Of a DNA stretch of 64,000 bases, positions 63,301 to 64,000 are shown in pieces. Numbering within the stretch: the first letter of the stretch is position 1; every line of letters begins with the position of its first letter. The notes under the pieces were generated by a model. It searched no databases and had not been told where the DNA came from. It saw only the letters and a program-made list of their open reading frames with translations. A program made the translations under genes and the position numbers. Source of the stretch: Geosiphon pyriformis uo1 (taxonomy: Eukaryota > Fungi > Glomeromycota); assembly GCA_016748015.1 (NCBI GenBank), contig JAAOMT010000502.1, positions 744,001 through 808,000 on the forward strand. The letters are read 5' to 3'.

Positions 63301-63984
63301 TTGAAGAAATTCTTAACAAATTTGTGATAATAAGAGGCCAAACCAAGATAAGAGTATAGTTCATGTATATTTATTGGTTGTTTAATGTTCTGGACTTTTT
63401 CAACTTTGGCTAAGTCAGAAAAAATTCCATCTTTTATAATAAGATGGCCAAAAAATTGGGTTGATTGCCATCCAAAGAAAGATTTGATTGGGTTTATTTT
63501 AAGGCCAGCATTTCTAAGAAGGTCAAAAATCTTTTGCAAGTATTCAAAATATTTATCCCAGGTTTTTGAGTACACCATTATGTCATCCAAATAAACCAGA
63601 ACAAAGTTTTTTTTCACTGATTCAAATACTTTATCCATTAAGCATTGAAAGGTGGGAGGAGCATTAATGAGATCAAAAGACATGACTGTGAATTCATAGG
63701 TGTCATACTTAGTGATAAAAGTGGTTTTTTTCCAGCTTTCTGAATCCATCTCTACTTGCCAGAATTCAACAGTTAGATCAATAATTGAAAAGAAAGCAGC
63801 ATCTTTGAATTAGTCCAATATTGTATCAATCTTGGGAAATGGATACATGTCTCTTTCAGTGATAGAATTTAATTGGTGGTAGTCAACACAGAAGCATAAG
63901 GTTCCACCTTTCTTGGATACCACTACAACTGAGAAAGCCCATTCACTCTTGGTTTCTTGTATGAATCCAAGTTTTTTCATCCGG
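60302..63984 (-). mobile_element. Family B copy B6, 3' part (RT, RNase H, integrase, shortened accessory ORF, 3' LTR 60302-61016)
   Basis: Minus-strand YLDD RT, integrase ORF, LTR tgttatggttcaaactc...cccgtaaca. Confidence 0.93.
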
Positions 63985-64000
63985 TGTTACAGATGATTAT
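63985..64000 (-). repeat. end of a further family A LTR (A3) inserted in B6
   Basis: tgttacagatgattat matches the A2 LTR end tgttacaggtgattat at 9821; only 16 bp visible. Confidence 0.7.

Overview
A eukaryotic, AT-rich, CpG-poor window made up entirely of nested, mutation-riddled retrotransposons; I found no host gene, RNA gene or CRISPR array. The protein style resembles Glomeromycotina/Mucoromycota fungi (from recall, possibly Geosiphon-like; unverified). Four families can be resolved from LTR ends, target-site duplications (TSDs) and poly(A) tails. (A) A Ty3/Gypsy family carrying a five-motif dUTPase between protease and RT (3 copies/fragments). (B) A 7.75-kb Ty3/Gypsy family (8 copies/fragments) with a UUUAAAC -1 frameshift site, an integrase in its own ORF, an extra 218-aa 3' ORF and a variable 12-bp tandem array in the LTR. 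(L) A 7.4-kb LINE (ORF1 RRM-RRM-CCHC; ORF2 APE-RT-RNase H-CCHC; 2 copies). (C) A 2.35-kb poly(A)-tailed element that encodes only a diverged ORF1-like protein and shares the LINE's last ORF2 codons (TSM*) and structured 3' tail (4 copies). The best candidates for undescribed biology are the C/LINE pair (an ORF1-only, HAL1-like dependent retroposon) and the Gypsy layout gag -1fs- PR-ZnF-RT-RH // IN // accessory ORF. Nesting reaches six levels, and the 111-N gap probably hides about 12-13 kb. All coordinates were read by eye and may be off by a few bases.
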